Below, piece by piece: positions 1 through 13,456 of a stretch of DNA of 64,000 nucleotides. Source of the DNA: Eledone cirrhosa (Eukaryota). Numbering within the stretch: position 1 is the stretch's first letter; each line of letters opens with the position of its first letter. Position numbers and translations under genes: made by a program. Where the stretch lies: the NCBI GenBank assembly GCA_964016885.1, contig OZ024752.1:48174001-48238000 (forward strand), given 5' to 3'. The notes under the pieces are model-generated. The model had not been told where the DNA came from. It searched no databases and saw only the letters and a program-made list of their open reading frames with translations.

Positions 1-491
1 CAGATGTAAGAAGCTTTACACTTTTGGGTAATTTCATTTCTATATTCAAGAACGTTGTGCATTGTTAGGGGTTTCGTGTGAAGAAGAAGACAAAAATAAA
101 TTGATAATAAATATAATAAATAAATATGATAAAATTCTATATTATATATAAAAAAAAAAAATTGGAACAGTGTAAAGTTAACATCAATTTCATGTGTAAA
201 ATTTGCATTCTAGGATCAGTAGCTGATAAAAATAATAAAATCTTATTTTGTTTAAACAAAACAAGATAAAAATAATAATGAGCAATAATAATGATAGTGA
301 TGATGATGATGATGATGATGATAACACAACAGCAACAATAAAAGATGAAAATACAATGAAAGGTCTGTCTGAGAAAGTTCTCAAGAGTTAATGAACAAAA
401 ATAAGTAAACAGATGGTCAGGCCTCATGTTTCTGACTTAATGGGAATTGCCACAGAATATATATATATACACACACACACATATATATATG

Positions 492-537
<46 letters not shown>

Positions 538-849
538 TATATATGTATGTATATATATATATGTATGAATGTATATATACATACACATATGTATATACAT
601 GTGTATATATATATATATATATACATGTTTATGCATGTTTGATACAACCATATAGTTACTACCTACTTGCGTTATGTGTGTATGTATGTATGCATATACA
701 TATATATCTGTGTGTGTGTGTGTATATAAGTATATGTACATATGCTTTTCTCTCTCTCTCTATCCCTGTATATATATATATATGTATGTATACAAGTATA
801 ACCAACAAAAAGACGAACTAATTATTACAATGCAAGTGAGAAGGCAAAG

Positions 850-1024
<175 letters not shown>

Positions 1025-1492
1025 AAGAATCACAGGAATCTTGGTATATCCTGCTTGAAATATCTTCAATCATTCCATAGACATTTTGACAGATGTTTCT
1101 TTCAATTGTAATATATGATTATTTATTTTTCGAAAAAAATTTAACAATAAATAATGACTGATTTGATGCCACAGAAAATTGGACACTATAGCCAACAACA
1201 GAACTAGTCAGGTTTCAATGATTTTAAAGATATGTTGCATTTATATATTCGATTAAAGTATACCATATATTTTAAATACACTATTTTGGGGGAATTGGCA
1301 GGAGAGGAGGGCTACATAAATGTTTTTTTCATTTTTCAAAATAATTCAAGCATATATATATATAAATATATAAATATATATATATATATAAATATATATA
1401 AATATATAAATAAATATATATATATATAAATAAATATATAAATATATCATCATCATTTTACATCCACTTTTCCCTGCTTGCAAGGGTGGGAC

Positions 1493-1533
<41 letters not shown>

Positions 1534-1685
1534 TATATAAATATATAAATATATATAAATATATAAATATATATAAATATATATATAAATATATATATAA
1601 ATATATATATATAAATATATATATAAATATATATAAATATATATATATTATAAATATATATATATATATATAAATATATATAAAT

Positions 1686-1731
<46 letters not shown>

Positions 1732-2249
1732 ATTTATATATACATATATATAGCTTGAATAATTCTATACAGCAAAAGATAGATTTATTACTTGCCAGTC
1801 AAATAATGTTTATAAGATAAGAAAGAATATAAACTAAATAATATAATAAAACATATGAAAAATGAATTTCTTTATGAATGACCCAGTAAGTAATTTGTCA
1901 AAAATGATTGAAAATTCTTGCCAATATTTTGTATAGTAAACTTTAAATATGTCTATGATTGTTCAAAAATATATAAAACGGAATAAAAAGAAAAAAAAAT
2001 ACTGACTTAAGTCTTAAAATAAAATTTAAGTAATAGTGGTATTCCTTCAGACAGAAAACTTCAGAGATTGTCAGTATGTCACACAGTATGTGCCAACCTT
2101 ACAGTGATAGAATAATATAACACTTTTGTGACACTTCAGTTTCCCTTAAGGGGGAGACAAGACAAACTAAGTGATATTCTCTCGTGAGCTGTTGATATTC
2201 AACCTACATTTCAAATCAGAAGCCATTGGGCTCCAGAGATACCTCGATA

Positions 2250-3270
2250 CCTCAACCACCATCATATCCACCACGTCTGACACCACCACCATCATATCCA
2301 CCACGTCTGACACCACCACCGCTAACACCACCACCACCACCATCATATCCACCACGTCTGACACCACCACCGCTAACACCACCACCACCAGCAGCAGCAT
2401 GACATGACAACCACCATCCCAATGATGACGACCACCACCACCATCATATCCACCACGTCTGACACCACCACCGCTAACACCCCCCCCCCCACCACCACCA
2501 GCAGCAGCAGCAGCATGACATGACATGACAACCATCCCAACGACGACGACGACCACCACCACCATCATATCCACCACGTCTGACACCACCACCGCTAACA
2601 CCACCACCACCAGCAGCATGACACGACAACCACCATCCCAACGACGACCACCACCACCACCATCATCATATCCACCACAACCATTAATATCCCCACCACC
2701 ACCACCACCACGATATGACAACCACCATCATGACGACCACCACCATAGATGAGCATGACCATCTCCACCATCATAACCACCACAACCACTAACAGCCCCA
2801 CCACCACCACCACCACCACTACCACCAGCAGCAGCATGATATGACAACCACCATCACAACGACCACCATCACCATCACCATTACCATCATAACCACCACA
2901 TAACGACTGACACCACAACCAATAACAGCCCCACCACGACCACCACCACCACTACCACCACTACCACCACCACTACCACCAGCAGCAGCATGATATGACA
3001 ACCACCATCACAACGACCACCATCACCATCACCATTACCATCATAACCACCACATAACGACTGACACCACAACCACTAACAGCACCACCACCACTACCAC
3101 TACCACCACCCCCACCATCATGACGACCACCACCATAGATGAGCATGACCATGTCCACCATCATAACCACCACATAACGACTGACACCACAACCACTAAC
3201 AGCCGCTACCACCACCACCACCACCACCCCCACCCCCACCACCATCATCACATGACAATCATCATCACGT
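2250..3270. repeat. Compound (CAC)n-rich low-complexity minisatellite
   Basis: Recurring blocks 'ccaccatcatatccaccacgtctgacaccacc' and 'cataaccaccacataacgactgacaccacaacc'; stop codons recur in the frames. Confidence 0.9.
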
Positions 3271-3550
3271 CGACCATCATCACTTTACATATGGTTCTGA
3301 TGCTGGATGGGTTGTTATTTTGAGACTACATGTCTATGTGTCAGAGAACCATGCCTCACTTATGTTTTAATTTTGGCATGGTTTCTACAGTTGGTCACCC
3401 TTCCCAACACCAAACACTTTATAGTATATACTATGGCACCAACACTGGAGAGGGGGTTATATTTGAAGCATGTCTAAAAGGTCCTCACTGCCCTACGTTG
3501 TCTCTGTTGAGTCACCACCAGTTTACAGAGTGTATGGGGATGAATTATAA

Positions 3551-3850
3551 CTGGGTATAAGAGGGATAAGTTGTGGTGTGCAGGAGAGAAGGCTGAGATG
3601 GTATGGACATGTGATGCACATGGAGGATGACTGCTGGGTAAAGAAGTGCCAAGAAATCCCAGTAGAAGGAAGACGCAGAAGAGGTTGACCATGTAAAACA
3701 TGGGCGGAGGTGGTGAGAGCAGACCTCAGATCGCTGAAACTCACCGAGGAGATGACGAAGGACCGTGACAAGTGGAGAGATGCTGTGCTGAATAGGACCA
3801 GTCCAACCCTTGCAAGCAGGGAAAAGTGGACATAAAATGATGATGATGAT
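3551..3850 (+). mobile_element. RTE-clade LINE 3' end with (TGA)n tail
   Basis: Translates LGIRGISCGVQERRLRWYGHVMHMEDDCWVKKCQEIPVEGRRRRG*PCKTWAEVVRADL..DRDKWR. This carries the RLRWxGHV and GxRxRGRP motifs typical of the RTE C-terminus, followed by the tail cccttgcaagcagggaaaagtggacataaaa(tga)n. Confidence 0.9.
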
Positions 3851-3894
3851 ATATATATATATATATATGTTAAATATTTCTGTAGAAAAGGTAA

Positions 3895-4070
3895 AAGAAA
3901 GAAGAGTGCTCTAGGTATAGCAGAGAGCTATCTAATTACATAATAAATAACACAATATAATTATTCCATTACCAAAGGTTTCAGGGAACGAGCCAGACAT
4001 TTCTGTAAGGATTGTCTAGTTCCCTGAAACCTTTGGTAATGGAATAATTATATTGTGTTGTTTATTATAT
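3895..4070. mobile_element. Penelope-like terminal fragment with ~50 bp inverted repeat
   Basis: Arms 3940-3989 and 4018-4067 are reverse complements and carry a hammerhead 3' half (gaaa-cc-ttt-gg-ta-atgga). Related to 12500-12645 and 53136-53226; embedded in (TA)n. Confidence 0.55.
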
Positions 4071-4091
4071 ATATATATATATATCTATCTA

Positions 4092-4386
4092 GGTCGAGTA
4101 AAATTCCCGAGATCCATGGATGAGTTCTCTCCAGCAGTCTCTGTCCCTCATCATTGCTGCCATGTCCTGCATCTCCAACAGACCAGTGTCTGTCCTTAGG
4201 GCATCAAGATATGGCAACCTCAGTCTTCCCCCTTCCAGTGTGTCCATGCAGGGGCTCCCACAGGAGCACTGAGTGTAGTGTCAACTCTGGATGTCGGTGA
4301 GCATGTCCAGCTAACCTCAGTCTCCTCTGTGCTACTTTCGAGCTGACTTTTGGGAGGCTCCCGCACAGTTCTGAGTTCTTCATCCT
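4092..4386 (-). mobile_element. RTE/RTEX-like LINE 3' fragment (second family), frameshifted
   Basis: MKNSELCGSLPKVSSKVAQRRLRLAGHAHRHPEL..LLWEPLHGHTGRG / RLRLPYLDALRTDTG..MRDRDCWR; RRLRLAGH motif of non-LTR RT C-termini. Confidence 0.85.
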
Positions 4387-5039
4387 AAATATATATATTT
4401 ATCCTCAGTGTGTGTATATATATATTTGTTTTGCTTTTTTTGAAATAATTTCTGTGTTGATACCCAGGGTTGGTGACTGTAGATATAGCAAGGAGTCAAA
4501 GGGTTAATCATATTGATTGTTCCTTTTATAGTTAAATAAATTGAGGAGAAACGAAAGGGTAAATCTACATTAGATGGAGGACATCACGTAAAAACATTTA
4601 AAAGACTTGCGTGGTTGGCTGGTTGGTTTGTTGGTATGCTTTCCAACTCATTTAATCAGTTTAAAAGCAACACTATATCTTATTTTGCCTTCCTCCTTTT
4701 TTCTTTTCTTTTTTTAAAATAGATTTACCACTTTAGATATGAAGGTAAAATTTCTTTTAAATAAAATATTCCTTCTTTTTTTTTTTTTAAATGAACAAAA
4801 ATTTCATCTTATAGAAACAAAACTCTAAAAATATATCATGCTTGAAACATTAAGCAACCTTGTTCAGCTTCTTTTTATGTGAATTATTGAAGCTTAAACA
4901 TGAGAATATTTTTTTAAATATATCTTTTCTTATTAATATATCTTTCATAATTAATAGAATTCACAAAAATACCCCCCAAAAAGTGATTAAATTAGCTACA
5001 TGGAATATTGTAGTATTGATACTAGAACTACATCTGTTG

Positions 5040-5431
5040 TTAACACTTTTGAAAGCAAACTGCCCCTTATTCGACAATACAAAGCTGTTTATTTTACAAT
5101 ATTTATATTTATCTAAAGGTTATGTACCTACAACTAGCTAAATAATTGTTTCTTCTTTTGGCACAAGGCCAGCAATTATCCCAGTGCATTACTGGTACTT
5201 TATTTTATCGACCTTGTAAGGATGAAAGGCAAAGTTAACCTTGGTGGGATTTGAACTCAGACTGTAAATGACTAACTCTATGCTGCAAAGCATGGCGTCC
5301 AACCCTCTACTGATACTGCTAATGGAAAGTTAGTTATATTACTAAATCATTCTAAATTCTTGATTATTTTTTAAAGGATTTGAAAATCATAGATAGTGTC
5401 TTTCATTAGAGATATGGTATTGAAAGGGTTA
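5040..5431. mobile_element. TTAA-flanked (piggyBac-like) MITE family 2 with nested SINE
   Basis: Ends in ggtattgaaagggTTAA. Internal sequence shared with ~6441-6852, ~9093-9310, ~10997-11423 and ~46369-46450. Confidence 0.6.
5146..5323 (-). mobile_element. SINE family A (tRNA-derived, Nin/Deu-like domain)
   Basis: Reverse complement of gagttcaaatcc (B box) - gttaactttgcctttcatcc..gtcgataaaataaagtaccag - ccttgtgccaaaag..aaacaatt. Confidence 0.85.
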
Positions 5432-6248
5432 AACACTTAGCCACAACATTTCATACATAGTACAATGACCATTACTTACAAAATGACTGCTATGTTAACA
5501 TAAATTGAACAGAGTTGAAAAACTTCACAAAATTTCAATATTTAGTTGGATTTTTTTTTATATATACCAAATAAAATCAATATAATTTACATTTTCTTTC
5601 TTATTCTTACTTATATATATTTTATTGGATGGGAGTTCATCCTTAGCTTTTCATAATTCTGCTGATTTGAACATGAATCTACTCATCAAACTAACATTTA
5701 CTGCACAATATGACTTAAGTGCTGCACTACTTATTATGCATGAAATACAGAAAGGAAGGGAAGAAAACAAGTACTCCTAGGGAAAAAATTTGATAAATAA
5801 ACCTAAGAAAATTCCTCAGAAATTGATTAAGTATTGATTTTTAGTTCCAATAAATAGTTTGGGGAAAGAGATCCAAAAACAGGAGAAAAAATTTAACAAT
5901 TTAAACTAAAAAATAACCCCAAAAAACTGTAAGCTTTAATTAGATAAACAAGCTATTTGTAATGTTGAGTCAGTGTATTCTATCAATATATTTGTATATG
6001 TGGGTGAATATATACATACATACATAAATATATATATATATTCATATATGTGCATGAGTGTTTACATACACACACACACATCAATATATATGCATTCACA
6101 AACATTAACATATATATATACATGAATATATACATATATATTTTTGTTCATGAATATAAAATTTCATAAATATAACATATACATAATTTTGACTTTCAAT
6201 GTTGAAAAATTCATTAGAAAGTATGTGCCCCAGTCAACATTTCGCTTT

Positions 6249-6341
6249 AATGTTTCCCTCAAAGTTGGTCACATTTTGATGTGCACAGCACCAATGCAGC
6301 AACTGTGTGGCTGTGCACCACCTCAGCTTAGAGGGAAGATT
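6249..6341. mobile_element. Short hAT-like MITE remnant
   Basis: Imperfect terminal inverted repeats aatgtttccctcaaagttg / cagcttagagggaagatt. Confidence 0.4.
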
Positions 6342-6517
6342 CATCCCAGTGTAAAGACAGACAACTTATCCAATATTTCGAATAGACAGGTTTCTGAACT
6401 GTTCATATTATGGCTTAATAGAAATACAAAAAATGGATTATTAATACTCTTGGTACCAAACTGATTGAAACTATCCATGGATCTATATCACAAAACTGTT
6501 TGCTTTAAAGTGTTTAA

Positions 6518-6708
6518 CCCTTTAGCATTTACATTACTCTATATATACTATTGTATTTTCACAGTAAAGGCTTTATCTCACATAATATCAAATCTATGAG
6601 ATTTTGATATTATTTATTTTGAGAACAATACCTTAATATCAATATGAGCGGCCAGTCACAGCTGGTTTGAACAGAAAGAGGTGAATGGCCGGTTTGTATG
6701 CTAAAGGG
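6518..6708. mobile_element. piggyBac-like MITE family 1
   Basis: TTAA|CCCTTTAGCA...TGCTAAAGGG|TTAA; nested inside a family-2 MITE. Confidence 0.85.
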
Positions 6709-8500
6709 TTAAGAACCTTTATTGAGCTATGTTTTAAATCTCAGTTTATTTAATTATCTTACTAAATTCTTTCAAATTGATGATTATTTTCAAAATGATT
6801 TGAAAATCATAGGCAGTATCTTTTATTAGAAACATGGTAATGAACAGTTTAACAGAAGTAAAAATAGATATTTTCCAACTTAAGGGATTACATTGGTAAA
6901 TGAAACTAAGTCAGCCCTCTGTACAATATAAAGTAAAAATAAAACTAGATTGGTGGATTCACGAAAAATAGAAATGAGGTGAAGAGGAAAACTCAACATA
7001 TCCTAGAGCTTTTAGACTTTATCATTGCTTGCTCTAAATAATTCTTGACACCTTTAAGAGCTTAATTGTTATGTTACTATTCATGCTTGAACAGAAGCTA
7101 AATCCCTCTGTTTAAAATTCTCATAATTTAAACCTTGTGAATTGTTCAGCCAAGAAAGAAAAATGATTGTGAAATTGCTTACAAGATGGCTAGTGTGAGG
7201 ACTAGAAGTGCATTCAACTTAATCTACACAATACCAGAGGGACCCTAATAGGGAAAGAGACACTAAGAAAACAAAATAAGTGAAGTCTGTTTGTCAAATG
7301 ATAGCTGTGGTGGACTGATCTGTTTTTCACTTGACTGAATATGAAGTAAGAAACAAGATGTCCTTGCATTCACCAACAAAGATTATCTATAGAAGAAACA
7401 AAAGTACCCATCCCTTCCCAGAAACACTAAGTTGTCAGATACATGTAAAAGGACTATGGACTTATCAAAGTAATTGATTGGGAGGGAGGAGAGGACACTA
7501 ATGCATGCATGAATCTATACAACTAAGTACTTAAAGCCAGCAGTCCCATCAACCCTTATCAGTACTTCTTTGACTGCAAGTAGTAGCTAGATCAGCACAA
7601 TCACCACCATCATCATCATCATCATTAAGAGAAAGTGAAAATATCAGCTGATTAACAATATCTTATAGAATGGTGTATCTGTATATAAATGTATGTATGT
7701 ATGTGTGCAGGTATATATGTATGCATGTATAATAATGCATCTGTGAGTATATGGGTGAGTCTTAATGTTTACTAGAGGGGAAAATAGTAAAAAGCATGCA
7801 AAGCCTCTTTGATAGTAATAGAAACGTCATCACCGCTACCATTGCCATCATCTTCAGCACCAACGCCACTAACAACAGTGATGCTTCAGCTTTGTAGTCC
7901 CATATATTCATTGATATGTAATCATTATTTTCAAAATTCTTTGTTACAGAAAGATAATCTTATTGGTGGAGTTGATGGTGACAGTGGTAAGAACTAAGAA
8001 AAAAACAAACAAAACAAAACAAAAGAAACGGGACTACACACTACTACAAAATATGCCAACAAAAATCATGCAATGACTAATGAAAATAAATCTTGATAAG
8101 AGCTGCAATTTCCATTTCCTCTAATCCTTAAACATTAACCCTCCCCCTTTTTTCTTTCGGTACGATGAACAACTAATTGCTAATGACTAGCAAACACTGC
8201 ACCAGCTTTGCTTTTTGATTTTCTTCTACTGACACAGGCAAGAAGATTCTTAACAAAGCAAGATACAACTGCCTCTTTATTACTGCTGGTAAAAGTTGGT
8301 GCTGGAGTAAGAGGAGGTGGGAAGAGGAGGGGGAGGAGGGGGGACATTCTATCATAACTAATTTCCAATTACCATCTGACAAACATTAGAAATATTTAGT
8401 ATATCCACTTGTCTCCTGACTAATATCCACTGCTTCACAACAAATTATAATCTTCATACTTATTTCACAAGAGCAGCCAACTTTTCTTATTGTTACATGC

Positions 8501-8533
<33 letters not shown>

Positions 8534-8685
8534 TTGTCAAACTTTACAGTTATTTCAAACACAATACTTTTTACTAAGATTGGGACAAAGATGGCCATCC
8601 TCAGGAATGAGCACTATAAGTTATACTGACCCTTTTAGTGCATCTCCCTTACTAACCTCTAGAGTTAACACATATGTCACTCTAT

Positions 8686-8750
8686 CTACTGTACACCATG
8701 AGGCAAGATCTCTTGATAGTTTTTTTCAAATGACATGAGATGGTAGACTG
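8686..8750 (-). CDS. Candidate terminal coding exon: (A)VYHLMSFEKNYQEILPHGVQ*
   Basis: Acceptor cctttattttggttcag. Phase-1 start matches the phase-1 end of exon 12072-12134. Followed by ~1.8 kb of repeat-poor, UTR-like sequence. Confidence 0.4.
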
Positions 8751-11700
8751 CTGAACCAAAATAAAGGCTTAGATAGAAACTAACTAACATGGAATTACAA
8801 AGAAATATATACATGCATACACACACTCAGTCCAATCAACTTCCTTCGTATCATCTTATAGGTAAAAACCAGAATCTTCAGACAGACAGTAAACACTGTT
8901 GGCAGAGAACATCTTCAAACATTGGCCCCCCCCTCCTTCTTGTACACACACACCTTTTTGTCTGTGTTCCATGATTTCGAAAGAAAAAAAAAAGAATTAA
9001 AATATTTTTGACAGATTTTAGCAGCATTCCTGTGACAGAGGGACCAAATGCTTATATTGTTATATATATATATATATATATTTATTGACTAGTTAACCCT
9101 TTTCATATCAAATCGTCTGAAACTGCCCTGGATCTATGACACAAAACTCCCCATTTTTAAATGTTTATCCTTATAATAAAATATTTCATTATAATTTTAT
9201 TTTAGTCATTTATGTTAAGTAATTTCTAAATATCAGCTTACTGTTGGAAAAGTTAGTTATTTGCTTAAATTCAACCAGATTTTTCAAGGCAATGTATTTC
9301 ATTATGCAACCTTTGTGCGTCCATCCCACGCCTCCCAGGACAGGTCACAGGCCCATTGCCAGTTTTTTAGGTAGAGCCGCTACTTCTCCGAATTGAGAGA
9401 TCACAGCTCGTTGTTATGGTATATGCATGGCGACTGCCTTCAGTCATCTTTCTTGATGTCACACTTTTTAACTGTTGTGATTACTCTGGACGATAATGTA
9501 TTAACTTCTCGCTCCATTGAGTGCTTTGTGATTGCCTCAAACAACTTGAATAGTACCTGCTATATGGCAGCTACAACTTCGGTTTATACCTAATATATAC
9601 ACACACAAAACTGTAAACATATTTACATGAACATGTATTTGATCATCACTTTATACAGTTACATGCATGCATGTATTTTACAATCTTTTTAAAAGAGATT
9701 CATTGAAGAAGTTCAAAATTTGACATTTTAATAAAAAAAAATATATATATATCTAAATTTTACCAAAAAATATCAGTGGCATAATGACTTGCTCTTTGAA
9801 AAATGTAGAAATGAATAATGATTTCTGCATACAAGACAAATATTTAAAAGCTAATTCCTACCAAATAAACATCTTTAAGGATGCTGAGAAAAAAAAACAA
9901 AAAACTGACACGGAGCGAAAATTTGTTTGAGGAGACACCAAGTCTTTCAGGAATGTTATGACCTATTTTTTCATTTTTTTTTTTTTTTTTTTAAACTGTA
10001 AATTGACTTTTCCAACTCCACAAATACATTTTTGGAAACATTAATGAAACAACAAGGGAAAAATTACAATTTTCGCTGTAACAATTTGATATATTTCCTT
10101 TTGTCACAGAGAAGTAAGCCTCGTTCTCATCAATAAAACTTAAATGATTGTTTTTGTTTTTATTTTATTTCCCCATTGTTGAGAGTAGTTTCAGAAAAAA
10201 ACGGCTGTACAGAGTCCTCCACTACAAACTCATAAACAAAGCCTTATAAATTTACTTCATTAAATATATCTACACACACACACATTCATATATAGACACA
10301 GTTATATATAGACTTACACAGAAGAGAAGACCTATACAATACAAGAAACATGTATTTCAATAGATAAAATTCATAATTATAGTGTGATATATGTCTATAT
10401 ATATATATAAGGATAAAGATCCCATAACTCCTTGTGGAGTCATAGAGGTACCATCATACGGCATGTCTAGGGCACTTTTAAACCTGGCGGAGCCCACTCT
10501 TACAGCTGGTTTATTTCTATAGAGGAAAAATCGACCTCAGTACTGGACTTTGTATATATATATATATATATATATACCCACATAAACCCACCACCATATA
10601 TACTCATGTATAAATCACATTGGTAGGTAAGTTGCAGTGCCATTTTATATATATTTACAATGAACTATATTCAATTGGAGTTTTGTTTAAGTCTAGGAAA
10701 CAAATCATATGCAGGTAGATTTTCATGCAATATTTTTGTGGAAAAGCTGTGACTTTTATACAAGTATATATAATATTAAAATTTGTGTATCTATTTACTA
10801 TGTATATGCATACATATGAATGTTAGTGTGTGTTATTTCTAATGAAAATTGACAAATTACAAATGAAAAGCAAAGAGTACAAAAAGAAACAATTAACATT
10901 TGAATCATTTTAGACAAAAATTAATTACTTAAGAAATAGTTATCATACTGTAAGAAAAATATGATACAATAATAAACTGATAAGAATGCTGAGAGGTTAA
11001 AACGTTTGATACCAAACTGTCTGACACCACCATTGGTTCTACAATACAAAGCTGATTATTTTAAAGCATTTATATCTATTTAGAAACCTTCCATTATAAT
11101 ATTATGTAAGAACTTTTGTTAAGATAAGCTCCAGACACCAGCTCAATAATGATAACTCCTCATCATCATCATCACCGTTTAACATCCACTTTTCCATGCT
11201 AGCATGGGTTAAACGGGTTTTCCCATTTGAGACAAGTTGAGTCAAATGACCATGCCTTGCTCACACAGAACTGTTTCTGGCTTGGTTTCTAAGGCTGGTT
11301 GCCCTTCTCAACACCAAGAGAATGTTAGTTATATTACTAAACTACTCCAAATTATTATTTTCAAAAATTATTGAAACACACTGGCAGTGTATTTCATTAG
11401 AAATATGATAACAAAATGGTTAAATTATTTAACCAACAAGTTTGAACACATTGAAGAAAGCAGTTGTTAGTTGCTTGCTGTAATGGTGTCATAATGAACC
11501 AAGATGAATACCTTGACAACACTGGAGCTGGAAGCATTGAAAATAAAGAGAGAGAATTTAACAATTGTAAATGTGTCAGGAGGTCCAGAGATAAATATCT
11601 CAACAACACTTGAGTTGAGAACATTGAACCAGTTGGGAATATCAAATGAATGTTTAGCTGTCATGAAAGGTCCTTACAACATGGCTGAATTAATTGCCAA

Positions 11701-12071
11701 GACAATACTGGGGTTGAGATGCTAAAGAAGGTCTAAATTTGGATGCACAACAACAAACAGCCCAAGGACCAATTTCTGACTATGACAACATCGTTGTCTG
11801 CCTCCATCCATCTTAGGAAATGATGGAAATTTATTTTTTCTTTCTTTGCTGTCTCTTTCTTCCTCTAATCCTGATCCTTCTGCTTCTATGCCCTCATTTT
11901 ACTCACACATTGTATATATTGTAACAGGAACTCATAAACAGCTATAAAGCTGTTCTCCAGACTCATACATGAAGCAACCAAAAATAAAACATCAACTGAA
12001 GCTATAAGCATTTTCTTTCTCAAAAAGGTTATAAGCAATTTCCATTCATCCTTTTGGGTCATATGACTCAC

Positions 12072-12134
12072 CAAAGCTACCAATCAGGGTTATGGATAAA
12101 GTAACCCAACCAAGGAGAGATAATGTGGGTAAGA
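12072..12134 (-). CDS. Candidate internal exon, hydrophobic: (V)LPTLSLLGWVTLSITLIGSF
   Basis: Acceptor tctttatgcccctag and consensus donor G|gtgagt; 63 nt, phase 1-1; only one open frame. Confidence 0.45.
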
Positions 12135-12466
12135 CTAGGGGCATAAAGACATAAAGATATAACAGTATACTATATATACTTCTGTTTCAATCGCACCTAT
12201 TCCCAGAAAAATACAATATAAAAACTAGCATATGACCTACAAAACCTCAATTAAAAATATGGAGAACATAAATAGAAATATGCTTATACATGAGTATATA
12301 TGGTATAATAAACAGATATTAAAAAAAAAACCAAAACACGCAAACCACCCTGTAAGGTAGTCGTGCAGGTGACATGACAAAAAAGCACCCAGTTCACCCA
12401 ACTACATTATAGCTCACACTATAATGTAGTTGGAATTAAGAAAGGCATCTAGCCATAGAAATCAAG

Positions 12467-12499
<33 letters not shown>

Positions 12500-12504
<5 letters not shown>

Positions 12505-12645
12505 GTAATTCCGTCGGAAAAGTCCAGGAAAAAAGAGTGCTCTATGTAGGTTACAGAGCTTAATAGTTATGTAATAAACAACATAAGATAATTATTTCAT
12601 TTCTGAAATGAAATAATTATCTTATGTTGTTTATTACATAACTAT
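12500..12645. mobile_element. Penelope-like terminal fragment with ~39 bp perfect hairpin
   Basis: tagttatgtaataaacaacataagataattatttcattt-ctg-reverse complement. Its left part recurs at 62717-62785; its arm matches the 3' flank of the 53136 hammerhead. Confidence 0.6.
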
Positions 12646-12693
12646 ATATATATATATAAAATTAAAATTTCAGTTATTGTGGTCAGGGATATA

Positions 12694-12958
12694 TTTAAAA
12701 TAACAAATTAAAGTTTAAGCAAAGAATCGAGCTTTCACCCTTAACGGGATCTTCTGAATCTAAAAAAATCAATCTGTGGATGCAGAAGTGAATATTTCGA
12801 AAAACACTGCAACCGAAGACGTTCCTGTTTTCCTCCAGTTGCAACGTTTTTCGAAATATTTACTTCTTCGTCCACAGATTGATTTTTTTTAGTTTCAGAA
12901 GATCCCGTTAAAGGTGAAAGCAATGATTCTTTGCTTAAACTTTAATCTGTTATTTTAA
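12694..12958. mobile_element. Fold-back element with ~120 bp inverted arms
   Basis: Arms are near-perfect reverse complements; a single arm recurs at 23472-23576. Contains a hammerhead-like CAGAAGA..GAAA motif. Confidence 0.7.
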
Positions 12959-13006
12959 TAAATATTTGCTCTATGGTTCTTATATATTTGATATATATTT
13001 ATCCTC

Positions 13007-13192
13007 ATCGAGCCCTCTTTGGATTTTAGTCTTCACATTTATTATTATTACTATATATATATATATTTATATATACACATCGAGCCCTCTTTGGATTTTA
13101 GTCTTCACATTTATTATTATTACTATATATATATATATTTATATATACACATCGAGCCCTCTTTGGATTTTAGTCTTCACATTTATTATTAT

Positions 13193-13238
<46 letters not shown>

Positions 13239-13278
13239 CGAACCCTCTTTGGATTTTAGTCTTCACATTTATTATTAT

Positions 13279-13322
<44 letters not shown>

Positions 13323-13401
13323 ATAATAATAAATGTGAAGACTAAAATATATATATATATACATATACACTTTCGATTTTAGTCTTCACATTTATTATCA
13401 T

Positions 13402-13405
<4 letters not shown>
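13007..13405. repeat. Tandem ~46 bp unit separated by (TA)n, including one inverted partial copy
   Basis: catcgagccctctttggattttagtcttcacatttattattattac x4, inverted partial copy at ~13318-13349, then a further partial copy. Confidence 0.9.

Positions 13406-13456
<51 letters not shown>

Noticed and set aside
2167-3323. Mucin-like or Gly/Val-rich ORFs
   Set aside because: CAC-repeat DNA with stops and frame changes between units; no splice support.
7950-7986. Plus-strand 37-nt AG/GT-bounded micro-exon (also 62531-62557)
   Set aside because: Isolated, and expected by chance at this sequence length.
11467-11725. Overlapping ORFs; LELEALKIK faintly like a Penelope GIY-YIG end
   Set aside because: Too little similarity and no convincing splice sites.
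8686-12134. Recalled resemblance of P..SLL...S....HLM to a late TM helix of TMEM175
   Set aside because: From memory only; the stop comes too early and upstream candidates do not match, so no symbol was assigned.
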